From assembly GCA_021850635.1 (NCBI GenBank), contig JAJZLM010000010.1, positions 1-49,331 on the forward strand: DNA of 49,331 bases, in the 5' to 3' direction. How positions within the stretch are numbered: position 1 is the stretch's first letter; each line of letters opens with the position of its first letter. Made by a program: the position numbers and the translations under genes. The notes beneath the pieces are model-generated. The model did not search any database, was not told the DNA's origin, and worked only from the letters and a program-made list of their open reading frames with translations. Shown one piece after another: positions 18,314-26,559 of the stretch. This DNA comes from Nanobdellota archaeon (GTDB lineage Archaea; Nanobdellota; Nanobdellia; Parvarchaeales; Parvarchaeaceae).

Positions 18314-20908
18314 CTAGTTATGTGCAAACCAAATATCTCCTTTTTCAGTTACAGATTTATACTTTTCGGATAGTATGTTCTTAACCACGTCGTTTTTAGG
18401 TTTTCCTATACCTATACCGTCGCCGAGTATGACTGCATCCTTATGTGAACCCTTCATCAAAGTGGAGAGTATCCCAAGGTCCTTTAGTTTAGTCTCTATC
18501 TCAATTACACCGTCTATTTCCTTACTCTGGGTTATCCCAAGACGGAGAGCTATATTCTCTTGTTCTGCTTTCTTGTATAACTCTCTATTTGTTTTAGCCT
18601 CAGAGAAGAAGCGTTCTGCTGTCTTGTAAACTTCGTCTTGCTTGACACCCCATAAGTCCATAAGGCTCTTTATCACACCATCTATTTTTTTCACGTATTC
18701 TAAGGCTGGTTTGTCTGCCATGAAAGTGAGCCTCACTACACCATCTTGTATTCTTTCGGCTTTTATAATCTTAATGAAGTTAACTTCGCTAGTCCTGTCA
18801 CAATGCAATCCACCACACGCCTCCACATCGTAGTCGTCTATGCTGACTATCCTTAATTCAGCATTAGGGATAGCTCCACCCTGGTATATTCGCATACCGT
18901 ATTTGACTTCTGCTTCCGTTCTGTTCATATTCTTCACAGTTATGGGAAGGTTTTTTGACACTACCTCATTAGCCAGAGATTCTATCTTATCTACTTGTTC
19001 GTCTGTAAGTTTATCAAAATAGGTTATGTCTAGATGGGCTTTGTCTACATCCTTCTCTGCGCCATTTTGATACACGAAATCTCCCAAGACTCTACGTGCA
19101 GCCTGGTTTATTATGTGCGTTGCGGTGTGGTGTTTCTTTAGCGCTTCTCTTCTTTTAGTGTCTACTATCATAGTTATTTGTGCGCCGACGCGTTTATTCA
19201 TGGGTCTTTCTAGAGAGTGGATTATTACATTGTCGTTTATTCTTACATCGATTACGTTTATTCCGTCAATTGTTCCTCCATCTGGTTTTTGCCCGCCCAT
19301 CTCGGGATAGAAAATAGTCTTGTTCAGTATCAAGTGGTCGCGGCCAATAATTTTAATTATCTTTGCTTTTGCCTCCGCTAATCCCTCTTTATAGAACAGT
19401 TTTTCGGTCGGTTTTATCCCTCTAATATCATAAGTATGGCTAAGTTCTCTATTTTCCTTTCGCTTATTGATGTTAGTGTATGCCCTTTCTGGAATGGTTA
19501 TTTTTTTGCCTTCCATAAGCGCTATGTGTCTTATATCCTCTTCAGTTATACCTTTGGATTCATACAGTTCAGAAATTTTTTCCTCGCTTATTTTGGATTC
19601 GTTTATTAGTTCAAGTATGACTTTGGTGTTCCTATTCTTGAATTCTATATACCTTTCCTTTTCCTTGTTTATTATTTCTAACACGTCAAAGTCTTTTAGC
19701 TCATTAAACCACGCGCCGAACTCCTTTTTATGCTCGTTGATAACGTCGTTCAGATCTATATCCCACCCCTTTGAATCTATGAAATTAAGGCATCTTCTAA
19801 GTATATTACGAAGATTATAGCCACCACCGACATTGCTGGGTAGAGCCCCGTCGTGTATGCTCACCAACAGCGTGCGCGTGTGATCCGCTATGGAGTATAT
19901 CGCCTGCATGTCTGTAAGGACTTTTGTGAGTTCCTTTTCTTCGATGCCTGTCCTTGTGGATATACTTTTTATAGCTTCGTCTAGCGGTGTTTTTTCGTAG
20001 TTTATCTCTCCAGCGAATTTGTAAATTCTTTTTAGTAAATCGTCATTGTAATAGACGCCTACTTTCTTTTTTATGAAATCTATTACCTTTGGAAAAACTG
20101 CTTCGTATACCGTTGGGGTATTCATACTCACCCATACCCATCTGTTGAGTCCAGCCCCCATGTCTATCGTCTTAGTGTCCATCTCTTCTAATCCGTTTTC
20201 TGTTATCAGATATCTCATGTAAACTTGGTTTCCTAATTCTAGGCCGCCCAAGAAGAACTCAAGCGAGCTACCTGCATACCCTGCACCAACCCATGCATCC
20301 TCCACGAATGTTATTTTAGATGGGTCCAGTCTCATTCCATCAGTAAGCCACTTATATATGTATTTTATGGCTTCCTTATCAAAGTAAGTCCTCTTATTTT
20401 TAGAATTGAAGGCAGCCTCTTCTGCCATTATGAAGCTCGTCAGATGTCTACCAGTAAGTCCGACATTGGAAATGTCGTTGAACCTGAGACATATCTGTGG
20501 GACTACGAGCGGGTTTGCAGGCGGTTCGACAATCCCTTTTATTGCGTACGGTGCGAAATCGTCTATTGCGGCCTCAACGAAGTATATATCATCTCTCCAC
20601 CTAGCTACCACAGGGTATCTGCTTATTTCCTTGTGACCGAAATCCTTGAACATCGAGGAAAATCTATTCCACATCTCTCTGTACGACAGTTTAAGGGGGG
20701 TCATTATCTCATCCAGAAAAGTATAGCTGCCAACGCACTCGATGTCGCCGCAGGTATCGCGTTTTACAGAGCTCCAGAAGTTTTTCCCACATACTTTGCA
20801 TTCAAATCGCGACAGACCTAGTTCCTTTAGTGATTTTACCGGTATTAGTGAACTCGGGTCTTTTTTTATCCTTTCGTGTATGAGTTTTTCGACTTCTTTT
20901 TTGTCCAT
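18314..20908 (-). CDS. alaS: Alanyl-tRNA synthetase (archaeal type)
   Basis: 864 aa. Editing-domain HxxxH (HHTATH) and CGGLH motifs, with an archaeal AlaRS N-terminal catalytic pattern. Confidence 0.9.
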   Translation of the reverse strand: MDKKEVEKLIHERIKKDPSSLIPVKSLKELGLSRFECKVCGKNFWSSVKRDTCGDIECVGSYTFLDEIMTPLKLSYREMWNRFSSMFKDFGHKEISRYPVVARWRDDIYFVEAAIDDFAPYAIKGIVEPPANPLVVPQICLRFNDISNVGLTGRHLTSFIMAEEAAFNSKNKRTYFDKEAIKYIYKWLTDGMRLDPSKITFVEDAWVGAGYAGSSLEFFLGGLELGNQVYMRYLITENGLEEMDTKTIDMGAGLNRWVWVSMNTPTVYEAVFPKVIDFIKKKVGVYYNDDLLKRIYKFAGEINYEKTPLDEAIKSISTRTGIEEKELTKVLTDMQAIYSIADHTRTLLVSIHDGALPSNVGGGYNLRNILRRCLNFIDSKGWDIDLNDVINEHKKEFGAWFNELKDFDVLEIINKEKERYIEFKNRNTKVILELINESKISEEKISELYESKGITEEDIRHIALMEGKKITIPERAYTNINKRKENRELSHTYDIRGIKPTEKLFYKEGLAEAKAKIIKIIGRDHLILNKTIFYPEMGGQKPDGGTIDGINVIDVRINDNVIIHSLERPMNKRVGAQITMIVDTKRREALKKHHTATHIINQAARRVLGDFVYQNGAEKDVDKAHLDITYFDKLTDEQVDKIESLANEVVSKNLPITVKNMNRTEAEVKYGMRIYQGGAIPNAELRIVSIDDYDVEACGGLHCDRTSEVNFIKIIKAERIQDGVVRLTFMADKPALEYVKKIDGVIKSLMDLWGVKQDEVYKTAERFFSEAKTNRELYKKAEQENIALRLGITQSKEIDGVIEIETKLKDLGILSTLMKGSHKDAVILGDGIGIGKPKNDVVKNILSEKYKSVTEKGDIWFAHN

Positions 20909-20947
20909 AGCCTATTTCATCTTGATATAATTATGTACATAAAACAC

Positions 20948-20955
20948 TTATTTAT
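20948..20955 (+). promoter_or_regulatory. TATA box for tRNA-His
   Basis: ttatttat is centred about 30 nt upstream of the tRNA 5' end. Confidence 0.5.
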
Positions 20956-20981
20956 GCACTTATTATCATAGATTAAGCTAT

Positions 20982-21055
20982 GGCCGCAGTAGTTTAACTA
21001 GGTAGAATATTGGGTTGTGGACCCATCGATCCGAGTTCAAATCTCGGCTGCGGCC
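20982..21055 (+). tRNA. tRNA-His (anticodon GTG) with encoded G-1
   Basis: Hand-folded cloverleaf. Acceptor GCCGCAG/CTGCGGC, anticodon loop TTGTGGA, T arm CCGAG-TTCAAAT-CTCGG. The extra 5' G pairs with discriminator C, a His identity element. Confidence 0.85.
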
Positions 21056-21068
21056 TTTTTAAAATAAT
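21056..21068. terminator. Shared oligo-T/oligo-A tract between the convergent tRNA-His and tRNA-Phe
   Basis: tttttaaaataat gives T5 on the + strand and TTTT on the - strand immediately after each tRNA 3' end. Confidence 0.4.
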
Positions 21069-21140
21069 TGGCCACTAGGGGATTTGCACCCCTAACATCA
21101 CGAGCTTCAGTCGTGCACTCTCCTATTGAGTTAAGCGGCC
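21069..21140 (-). tRNA. tRNA-Phe (anticodon GAA)
   Basis: The reverse complement folds as GGCCGCT / D arm ACTC-AATAGGA-GAGT / anticodon arm CACGA-CTGAAGC-TCGTG / T arm AGGGG-TGCAAAT-CCCCT / AGTGGCC-A. Confidence 0.85.
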
Positions 21141-21165
21141 TCACACAACTATATCAGTGATTCGA

Positions 21166-21173
21166 TTATTTAA
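21166..21173 (-). promoter_or_regulatory. TATA box for tRNA-Phe
   Basis: ttaaataa (minus strand) is centred about 30 nt upstream of the tRNA 5' end. Confidence 0.5.
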
Positions 21174-21299
21174 GTATATTTTTGTACGGCGAATATAGCT
21201 AACTTTTGAATAAGATTGTCCTTTCATAGAAATGTTTATCATCGGCTTCTTATCTTTCAATTGCGAAGCAAATTAGATCAGTTGCTGTTCGGATATAAA

Positions 21300-22334
21300 T
21301 CATTCGAACGAAAATTTGCACACGGAATTATTTATGGATGAACAATCACTTTCATAGAGCTTGTAGCTTGAACCAAAAATCTTGGAGGATAGGTTGGTGA
21401 ACATGCCGCTTACCATAAAGCAGCGTTTCTCGTTTTCCTGGTCTATGTGTAGCGAATTGAAGCTGTCGTAAACATCTATCTGCTCTATGCTACCTTGGTT
21501 ATTCTTTATAGTCTTTATAAGGCCTAGCCCAGATATTGGGGAGAGGACATCAAGTCCTTCTGTCTGGTACTTCGCGACAGCATCCTGTAGATTGTATTGC
21601 GAATATAACTTTGATATTGCAAGACCAATGCCATATTCTATACCGTGCACGCTAACTCCTATTATTTTTCTCAATTTGCTGAAAAGATACGGAAAGAATA
21701 TTACTGGGACTATCTCTATAGGTATAGAATTTATCAGCATATCCGAGCTATATTTACCTATCTCGATCTTGTCGAAGGGCTGATCTTCCAGAGAATAGGA
21801 CGGTTGTGAGATATAATTGAAGTTTTCAGCTTTGTCTAAGAATGATACTTTGAACCAATCCATATCAGAATCACCAGTGCTTTTGCATTTATTCTCGTTT
21901 ACCTTTATGTCTCTTTTCATCATAATACGATAAACAGCGGCTATCACTCCATTCATCTGGAAACACGAATTTATTGAAGTTATATCCGGTAGAATAGAAT
22001 TGAATCCGTCACGTACTGTGATATTATACGAATCCACGTCCTTAGATAATACACTGATCTTCCCCAATCCCATACTGTAAAGCAATGAGAATATCTCGTC
22101 TTCGCTTTTTTCTTCGCTGTGGAGCTTCAGTTGTTTGGACTTTATAAGGTCGGTTAAAAAGGAGTAGATTGTTGTTGACATTGCATCCTCAAATATGCTT
22201 TTTGTAGCAATACCTAGTATCTTGCCTACCTGCATTTGTATGAGTTCAAAGCTTCCTTTAGGTAGCACTATGACCCTAAATCCGTTCATAGTATAAATCC
22301 CCTTAGTCTTGTAGTATTTCAGGTCTATCTCCAT
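21300..22334 (-). CDS. Tandem V4R (4-vinyl reductase-like) small-molecule-binding domain protein
   Basis: Two halves each end with the V4R-type pattern C..(x)G...G......E..C...G...(C).F. These are CFQMNGVIAAVY...NENKCKSTGDSDMDWFKVSF and CFMVSGMFTNL...ESDCSSINNSVCKFSFE. No TM, no HTH. Confidence 0.5.
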   Translation of the reverse strand: MEIDLKYYKTKGIYTMNGFRVIVLPKGSFELIQMQVGKILGIATKSIFEDAMSTTIYSFLTDLIKSKQLKLHSEEKSEDEIFSLLYSMGLGKISVLSKDVDSYNITVRDGFNSILPDITSINSCFQMNGVIAAVYRIMMKRDIKVNENKCKSTGDSDMDWFKVSFLDKAENFNYISQPSYSLEDQPFDKIEIGKYSSDMLINSIPIEIVPVIFFPYLFSKLRKIIGVSVHGIEYGIGLAISKLYSQYNLQDAVAKYQTEGLDVLSPISGLGLIKTIKNNQGSIEQIDVYDSFNSLHIDQENEKRCFMVSGMFTNLSSKIFGSSYKLYESDCSSINNSVCKFSFE

Positions 22335-22402
22335 ACAGGATATAATTGATTATCAAAGCGCCAATATAATCTTTACCAGGCTGTTAAAACAGAGGCTAAG
22401 CA

Positions 22403-22410
22403 TTTATAAA
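22403..22410 (+). promoter_or_regulatory. TATA box for the DUF929-like gene
   Basis: tttataaa abuts the tracked ATG at 22411 and is centred about 26 nt upstream of the ATG at 22432. This argues for the downstream start. Confidence 0.45.
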
Positions 22411-22431
22411 ATGCAGCTACGTCCTAATAGG

Positions 22432-23247
22432 ATGACAGACGCAGTGGACAACGGCGGGAAATACACGCTGAAACTCGCGCATATCATATACGTAATAGTG
22501 GCTATGGTTGCTGTAATAGCAGTCGTGTTCATTATAATGTACCTTATACCTAGTGGTTCCAACGTAGTCGCTGTAGGCAATGGCTGGGAACAGGTAACTG
22601 CAAATAAGCCTTTCACTGTAGGAAATTCGCTTTACGTCACTTTCATAGGCATAGAAGGGTGCAAATACTGTGCAGCGGAGAGGTATGCATTGTTCGATGC
22701 CCTAAGTAACTTCGGAAACTGGACATATTCTGGCAAAATAGTAACCCTAGGTGAATTGAATTATTCGAATTATAGTGCAAATCCTGGGCCGAATACGTTA
22801 TTTTATCAAGCTAACGAAGGAGGATGGACGATAAACCTTTTGGATAAAAATCTTGCATATTCTTCTAACTATATCTCGTTTTCTTCCGCAGAAACTCTGG
22901 ACAACGCAAATAATCCTCTGCAGACTCTAAATGCGATACAGACTTCCTATATCCAGAAATATGATCCATCGGATAGTGTACCTTTCACTGTTATAGGAGG
23001 CAATTTCTTTGAAATAGGTGCTGGTGGCTCTATGGCTCCTAATGGTGTACCGATAACGTTGAGTAGCGGAGGGACGCTTACTGCTGCAAACATGATAGAT
23101 GAATTCAATATAGAAGGTTCGTTTATAAATTCAGCAATAAACACAGAGGCGGACTACATAAGCGCTTTTATATGCCATGACATATCTAACTCAGCGCCTG
23201 TATGTTCCACTGCTTCTGTGCGTTCGTTGGAGAACAATATAAAGTGA
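22432..23247 (+). CDS. Membrane-anchored DUF929-like thioredoxin-fold protein with CKYC
   Basis: N-terminal TM, then FIGIEGCKYCAAERYALFDALSNFGNW, the pattern I recall for Pfam DUF929 (G.e.CP.CAaeRWAL). The tracked ORF begins at 22411; the TATA position favours 22432. Confidence 0.6.
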   Translation: MTDAVDNGGKYTLKLAHIIYVIVAMVAVIAVVFIIMYLIPSGSNVVAVGNGWEQVTANKPFTVGNSLYVTFIGIEGCKYCAAERYALFDALSNFGNWTYSGKIVTLGELNYSNYSANPGPNTLFYQANEGGWTINLLDKNLAYSSNYISFSSAETLDNANNPLQTLNAIQTSYIQKYDPSDSVPFTVIGGNFFEIGAGGSMAPNGVPITLSSGGTLTAANMIDEFNIEGSFINSAINTEADYISAFICHDISNSAPVCSTASVRSLENNIK

Positions 23248-23350
23248 CTTCGACGCGGCTTGTTTATATGTTTATATGTGATAGGTATTATAAAATCTAT
23301 CATAAATAGTGGAAAATGAAGATAAATCTTTGGTTGACTAGGATACAAAT

Positions 23351-24031
23351 ATGATAGATATAGACATAGCAGATATAATAGATAATTTTCTTGAAGAAGA
23401 GTCCAGACCTAAGACAGTGGGGGTGTACTTTCCGAGCGAATCTGGGATGTGTATGCGGCGTAGTTACTATTCATATATATCTCCTAAGCCTACCGACAAA
23501 GCCGCCCTTAGGATATTTGCACTCGGAAATAATGTTCATTCTTTCATAGCAGAAGCGTTGAAATCTTCAGACGTGTTCTCTTATGTCGAGGAAGAAAAGC
23601 CCCTGAAAATAGAATATAAAGACAGTGATACAGTTTTCAATGTTTATGGTAGGATAGATGATTACGTCATAACGAAAGACACGAATAAAAAGATAATAAT
23701 AGAAGCCAAATCTGTAGGCGAAATAAACAAGATAAACGAACCGGAGCCTAAGCACGTAATGCAACTAATGCTTTACTTAGGCGCAGAACAAGCGGATTAC
23801 GGTTTGCTTGTCTACGCAGACAAGAAGAATCTTAATATACGACAATTTAGGGTTGATTACGACGATGAAATGTACAACAAGGTAATAGGTAGATTCAAGG
23901 ATCTAGATCTCCACTTAAAAAACAAGAGGCTTCCTCCAGCGGAGTTCTATTTTGACCCTAAAAAATCATGGGAATGCAAGTACTGCCCATATTTCAATGA
24001 CTGTATGCAGGCTATAGCAAACGAACAGTAA
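23351..24031 (+). CDS. Cas4/DUF83-family PD-(D/E)XK exonuclease with a 4-Cys cluster, stand-alone
   Basis: N-terminal Cys (SGMCMRRSYY), D...ExK core (GRIDDYV ... IIIEAKS), QxxxY (QLMLYL) and C-terminal CxxCxxxxxC (CKYCPYFNDC). No cas genes or repeats are in the window. Confidence 0.7.
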   Translation: MIDIDIADIIDNFLEEESRPKTVGVYFPSESGMCMRRSYYSYISPKPTDKAALRIFALGNNVHSFIAEALKSSDVFSYVEEEKPLKIEYKDSDTVFNVYGRIDDYVITKDTNKKIIIEAKSVGEINKINEPEPKHVMQLMLYLGAEQADYGLLVYADKKNLNIRQFRVDYDDEMYNKVIGRFKDLDLHLKNKRLPPAEFYFDPKKSWECKYCPYFNDCMQAIANEQ

Positions 24032-24050
24032 CTGTAAGAGTATCTTGCAG
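24032..24050. terminator. Hairpin in the 36-nt spacer between the convergent Cas4-like and 308-aa genes
   Basis: ctgtaag-agtat-cttgcag: 7-bp stem (one G-U in RNA), 5-nt loop, starting 1 nt after the Cas4-like stop. Confidence 0.35.
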
Positions 24051-24067
24051 ACTTGTTAAAGTACGCA

Positions 24068-24994
24068 CTAAGCGTTCTCTTCTTCCCTAAACCTAGCTGT
24101 TCCTGATTCAGGCTCCAGTGTTGAAAGTATTTTTGCGTATTTGTCCGCTGTTAATGGCTCATTAAGCGTAAGCACAGCACGGTAACCTCTCAGTCCAGTC
24201 AGAAGTGGCCCGTATGTCTTTATGGAGAATTCCTTGCCTTCTATACGCGGGTTGAAGAATCCTCTCTTGAAGTTCACACTGTACGGGAACCTTAGATTTC
24301 TGGCTTTTTCCATTATTTGATTAATTAGGATATTTCTGTTGAAACCAGCTCCCCATCCTCGTAAAAAGTACTCCCTCCCTCTATATCCGAATTCTGTGTG
24401 CCCCATATACATATCTACCTTGTTGTTTTTTCCAATCTTTATGATGTCGTTGTATAACAAAGGCAGGGCATTTTCGTTTTCAATCGGTTTATAAGTCGTT
24501 TTCTTCTTGCCTAAGCTGACCGGTGGAAAAAGGGCTTGCTGCTGCATTATTACAAGCTTTTGTTTAGTATCCAACGTAGCTTCTTTGCCTACAAGAACTG
24601 CTTCACCCTCTTCTGACAGCTCCAGCAATTTACCTTCATATTCACCCTTATAAAGTGAGCCTATTCCTTGAGCGCTTCCTTCTGCATTTATTCCGCGCTG
24701 GAAATTGGATACGCTTGGGTTGCTAGGATCCAGGCCTCCAGAGCCGTAAGAGGGGGCATACATACCACTTGGAGTAGTTTGTGTACCCGTCCCATTCTGC
24801 CTATAACTGACTAGTCTGTCTATAAGCGCGTTGTATTTTGATAAAAGACTGTTATAATTTGCCTGTAAGGTTTTTAACTGATTGTTTATGGACGCATAGT
24901 TAGAATTTCTATTATAGACCAAAGTGTTAAGTACGTTTGATGCTGCTTCAAGCAGTTTATCCAGTCGTCCACGTTTCTTTCCTTTATTATCCAT
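24068..24994 (-). CDS. Hypothetical 308-aa protein: basic N-terminus, coiled coil, G/S/P-rich linker, C-terminal globular domain
   Basis: Long ORF with no competing frame and no TM. Heptad-like N-terminus (LKTLQANYNSLLSKYNALIDRL), low-complexity linker, and a C-terminal domain rich in G/R/F/Y (GHTEFGYRGREYFLRGWGAGFNRN). I recognise no family. Confidence 0.6.
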   Translation of the reverse strand: MDNKGKKRGRLDKLLEAASNVLNTLVYNRNSNYASINNQLKTLQANYNSLLSKYNALIDRLVSYRQNGTGTQTTPSGMYAPSYGSGGLDPSNPSVSNFQRGINAEGSAQGIGSLYKGEYEGKLLELSEEGEAVLVGKEATLDTKQKLVIMQQQALFPPVSLGKKKTTYKPIENENALPLLYNDIIKIGKNNKVDMYMGHTEFGYRGREYFLRGWGAGFNRNILINQIMEKARNLRFPYSVNFKRGFFNPRIEGKEFSIKTYGPLLTGLRGYRAVLTLNEPLTADKYAKILSTLEPESGTARFREEENA

Positions 24995-25081
24995 ATTTTC
25001 TACTCTTTAATAGAGAATAACAAGTATAAATACCTTTCGAAATATGATCTACTAACCAAAGAAACATACTAGTGCTTCACA

Positions 25082-25567
25082 CTATTGTTGTTTTGTAACA
25101 GGAGGCTTTGTGGCAGGTCCAGGCTCTTCTCTTTTATGTATGTCATACTCATCCTCTTTTCCTTTCACTAGTTTGAGGTAAACCTCCTTCAAGTCAAAAG
25201 GAGTATACATCAGAGTCTCTCGGTCAGCGGTGGAGATATCATATTCATGCGTATGATGCAGGACAATCGGCGGGCAGATCTCGCTACACAATCCGCAGAA
25301 TATGCACTTGTTAAAATCTATGGCCGGCGCTTCGTCTCTCGCATTTACTTTGAGATGCAGGTCAAGTTTCTGCATCTGTATTGCGTCTGCCGGGCATATC
25401 CTCCAGCAGAGCTCGCAGCCTATACAATTATCAAGGTCAAGGCTTAGCATTCCCCTGCTTCTTTTCGCCAATGGCATCTTCTCCTCGGGGTATCTAACTG
25501 TGACTGGTTTTTTAGTAGCATTGAGAAGCCCGTAACCTACAGCTTTCACAGTTTCTTTTATACTCAT
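25082..25567 (-). CDS. nuoI: NADH-quinone oxidoreductase subunit I (2x[4Fe-4S] ferredoxin subunit)
   Basis: Two CxxCxxCxxxCP motifs (CIGCELCWRICP, CIFCGLCSEICP). The ATG at 25567 forms an ATGA overlap with the nuoH stop. The tracked ORF extends to 25630 inside nuoH. Confidence 0.9.
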   Translation of the reverse strand: MSIKETVKAVGYGLLNATKKPVTVRYPEEKMPLAKRSRGMLSLDLDNCIGCELCWRICPADAIQMQKLDLHLKVNARDEAPAIDFNKCIFCGLCSEICPPIVLHHTHEYDISTADRETLMYTPFDLKEVYLKLVKGKEDEYDIHKREEPGPATKPPVTKQQ

Positions 25568-26559
25568 ACAAAAACAACCATCCCCACAGCCAGCAGATTT
25601 ATGATCGCAAGAGGAAGCATCCAATTCCATCCAAATTTTACCAACTGATCTATTCTGACTCTAGGATATACCCATCTAGGCGTCAGAAGAATCATCATAG
25701 TCACGATTGTTTTTATCCAGAACCATACAAAAGCAGGGAGAAGAGGTCCATTCCATCCGCCTAGGAAAAGATATACCACCAGCATAGATAGCATGAATAT
25801 TTTAACATAGTCCGAAAGTAAAAATAAACCGTATCTCAAGCCACTATACTCTACTTTCCAGCCAGCAAGTAGCTCTTGTGTGGCTTCTGGTATGTCGAAA
25901 GGATCTCTTTCCACCACTGCATAGCCAGCTGTTATGAACAATATGAAAGCTAGTGGCAGATACACAACGTACCACACAGAACTCTGACCCGCAACTATAT
26001 CGTTTATATTGTAACTTCCTGAAAGGATAGTTACGCTGAGTATGGTCACTATAAGCGCTAATTCATAAGTAGCTATCTGAGTTGCGCCTCTGAAACCACC
26101 TATTATAGCGTACTTATTGTTCTCGCTCCAACCAGCTAGCAATATAAGCAATGGTGATACTGCCATAGCTACGTATATAAAAAGTAAGTTGTACGGTATG
26201 TTTACTATAGAGAGGTTAGGTCCGCCCCAAGGTATTATCAATATCATGAGAAAAGCAGCTGCAGTCAACGCTATAGGTACGAATGTATACGATAAGATAT
26301 CTACGTTAGTCGTTATCACACGTTTACCGAGCAACTTTATCAGATCCGCGACGTTCTGCAAAAGTCCGAAAGGTCCGACGTATGTAGGTCCCCATCTCGA
26401 CTGTATCCTTGCTCCGTATTTTCTGTCTACCCAGCCTATAATTATAGGTATGACGGCGACTATTGCAAGTGAAGCCACCAATAGCGCTATTAGAGCTCCT
26501 ATTAAATTTAATGGGTAAGGCAGCCACCTTGACAGCACAGCGTACGCATATGATAGCAT
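25564..26559 (-). CDS. nuoH: NADH-quinone oxidoreductase subunit H
   Basis: Polytopic 331-aa protein with NuoH/ND1 blocks (RKYGARIQSRWGP, PFDIPEATQELLAGW..EYSG). Confidence 0.92.
   Translation of the reverse strand: MLSYAYAVLSRWLPYPLNLIGALIALLVASLAIVAVIPIIIGWVDRKYGARIQSRWGPTYVGPFGLLQNVADLIKLLGKRVITTNVDILSYTFVPIALTAAAFLMILIIPWGGPNLSIVNIPYNLLFIYVAMAVSPLLILLAGWSENNKYAIIGGFRGATQIATYELALIVTILSVTILSGSYNINDIVAGQSSVWYVVYLPLAFILFITAGYAVVERDPFDIPEATQELLAGWKVEYSGLRYGLFLLSDYVKIFMLSMLVVYLFLGGWNGPLLPAFVWFWIKTIVTMMILLTPRWVYPRVRIDQLVKFGWNWMLPLAIINLLAVGMVVFV

Noticed and set aside
21141-21299. Possible box C/D sRNA or other ncRNA between tRNA-Phe and the V4R gene
   Set aside because: No RUGAUGA/CUGA box pair on either strand. 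The region is explained by the tRNA-Phe promoter plus a weak terminator-like inverted repeat (aattgc-gaa-gcaaatt).
21141-25081. Integrated provirus or plasmid at tRNA-Phe/tRNA-His
   Set aside because: By eye there is no integrase, no capsid or replication genes, and no duplicated tRNA 3' segment (att) at the far border. The only weak similarity is tcacacaac... vs tcacactat... at the two edges. Kept as an accessory pocket rather than called a mobile element.
25568-25630. Cys-rich N-terminal extension of NuoI (MELDASSCDHKSAGCGDGCFC), possibly an extra metal site
   Set aside because: It overlaps the nuoH C-terminal coding region. The ATG at 25567 gives the typical ATGA coupling and a normal NuoI N-terminus. 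The extension is most likely non-coding in that frame.
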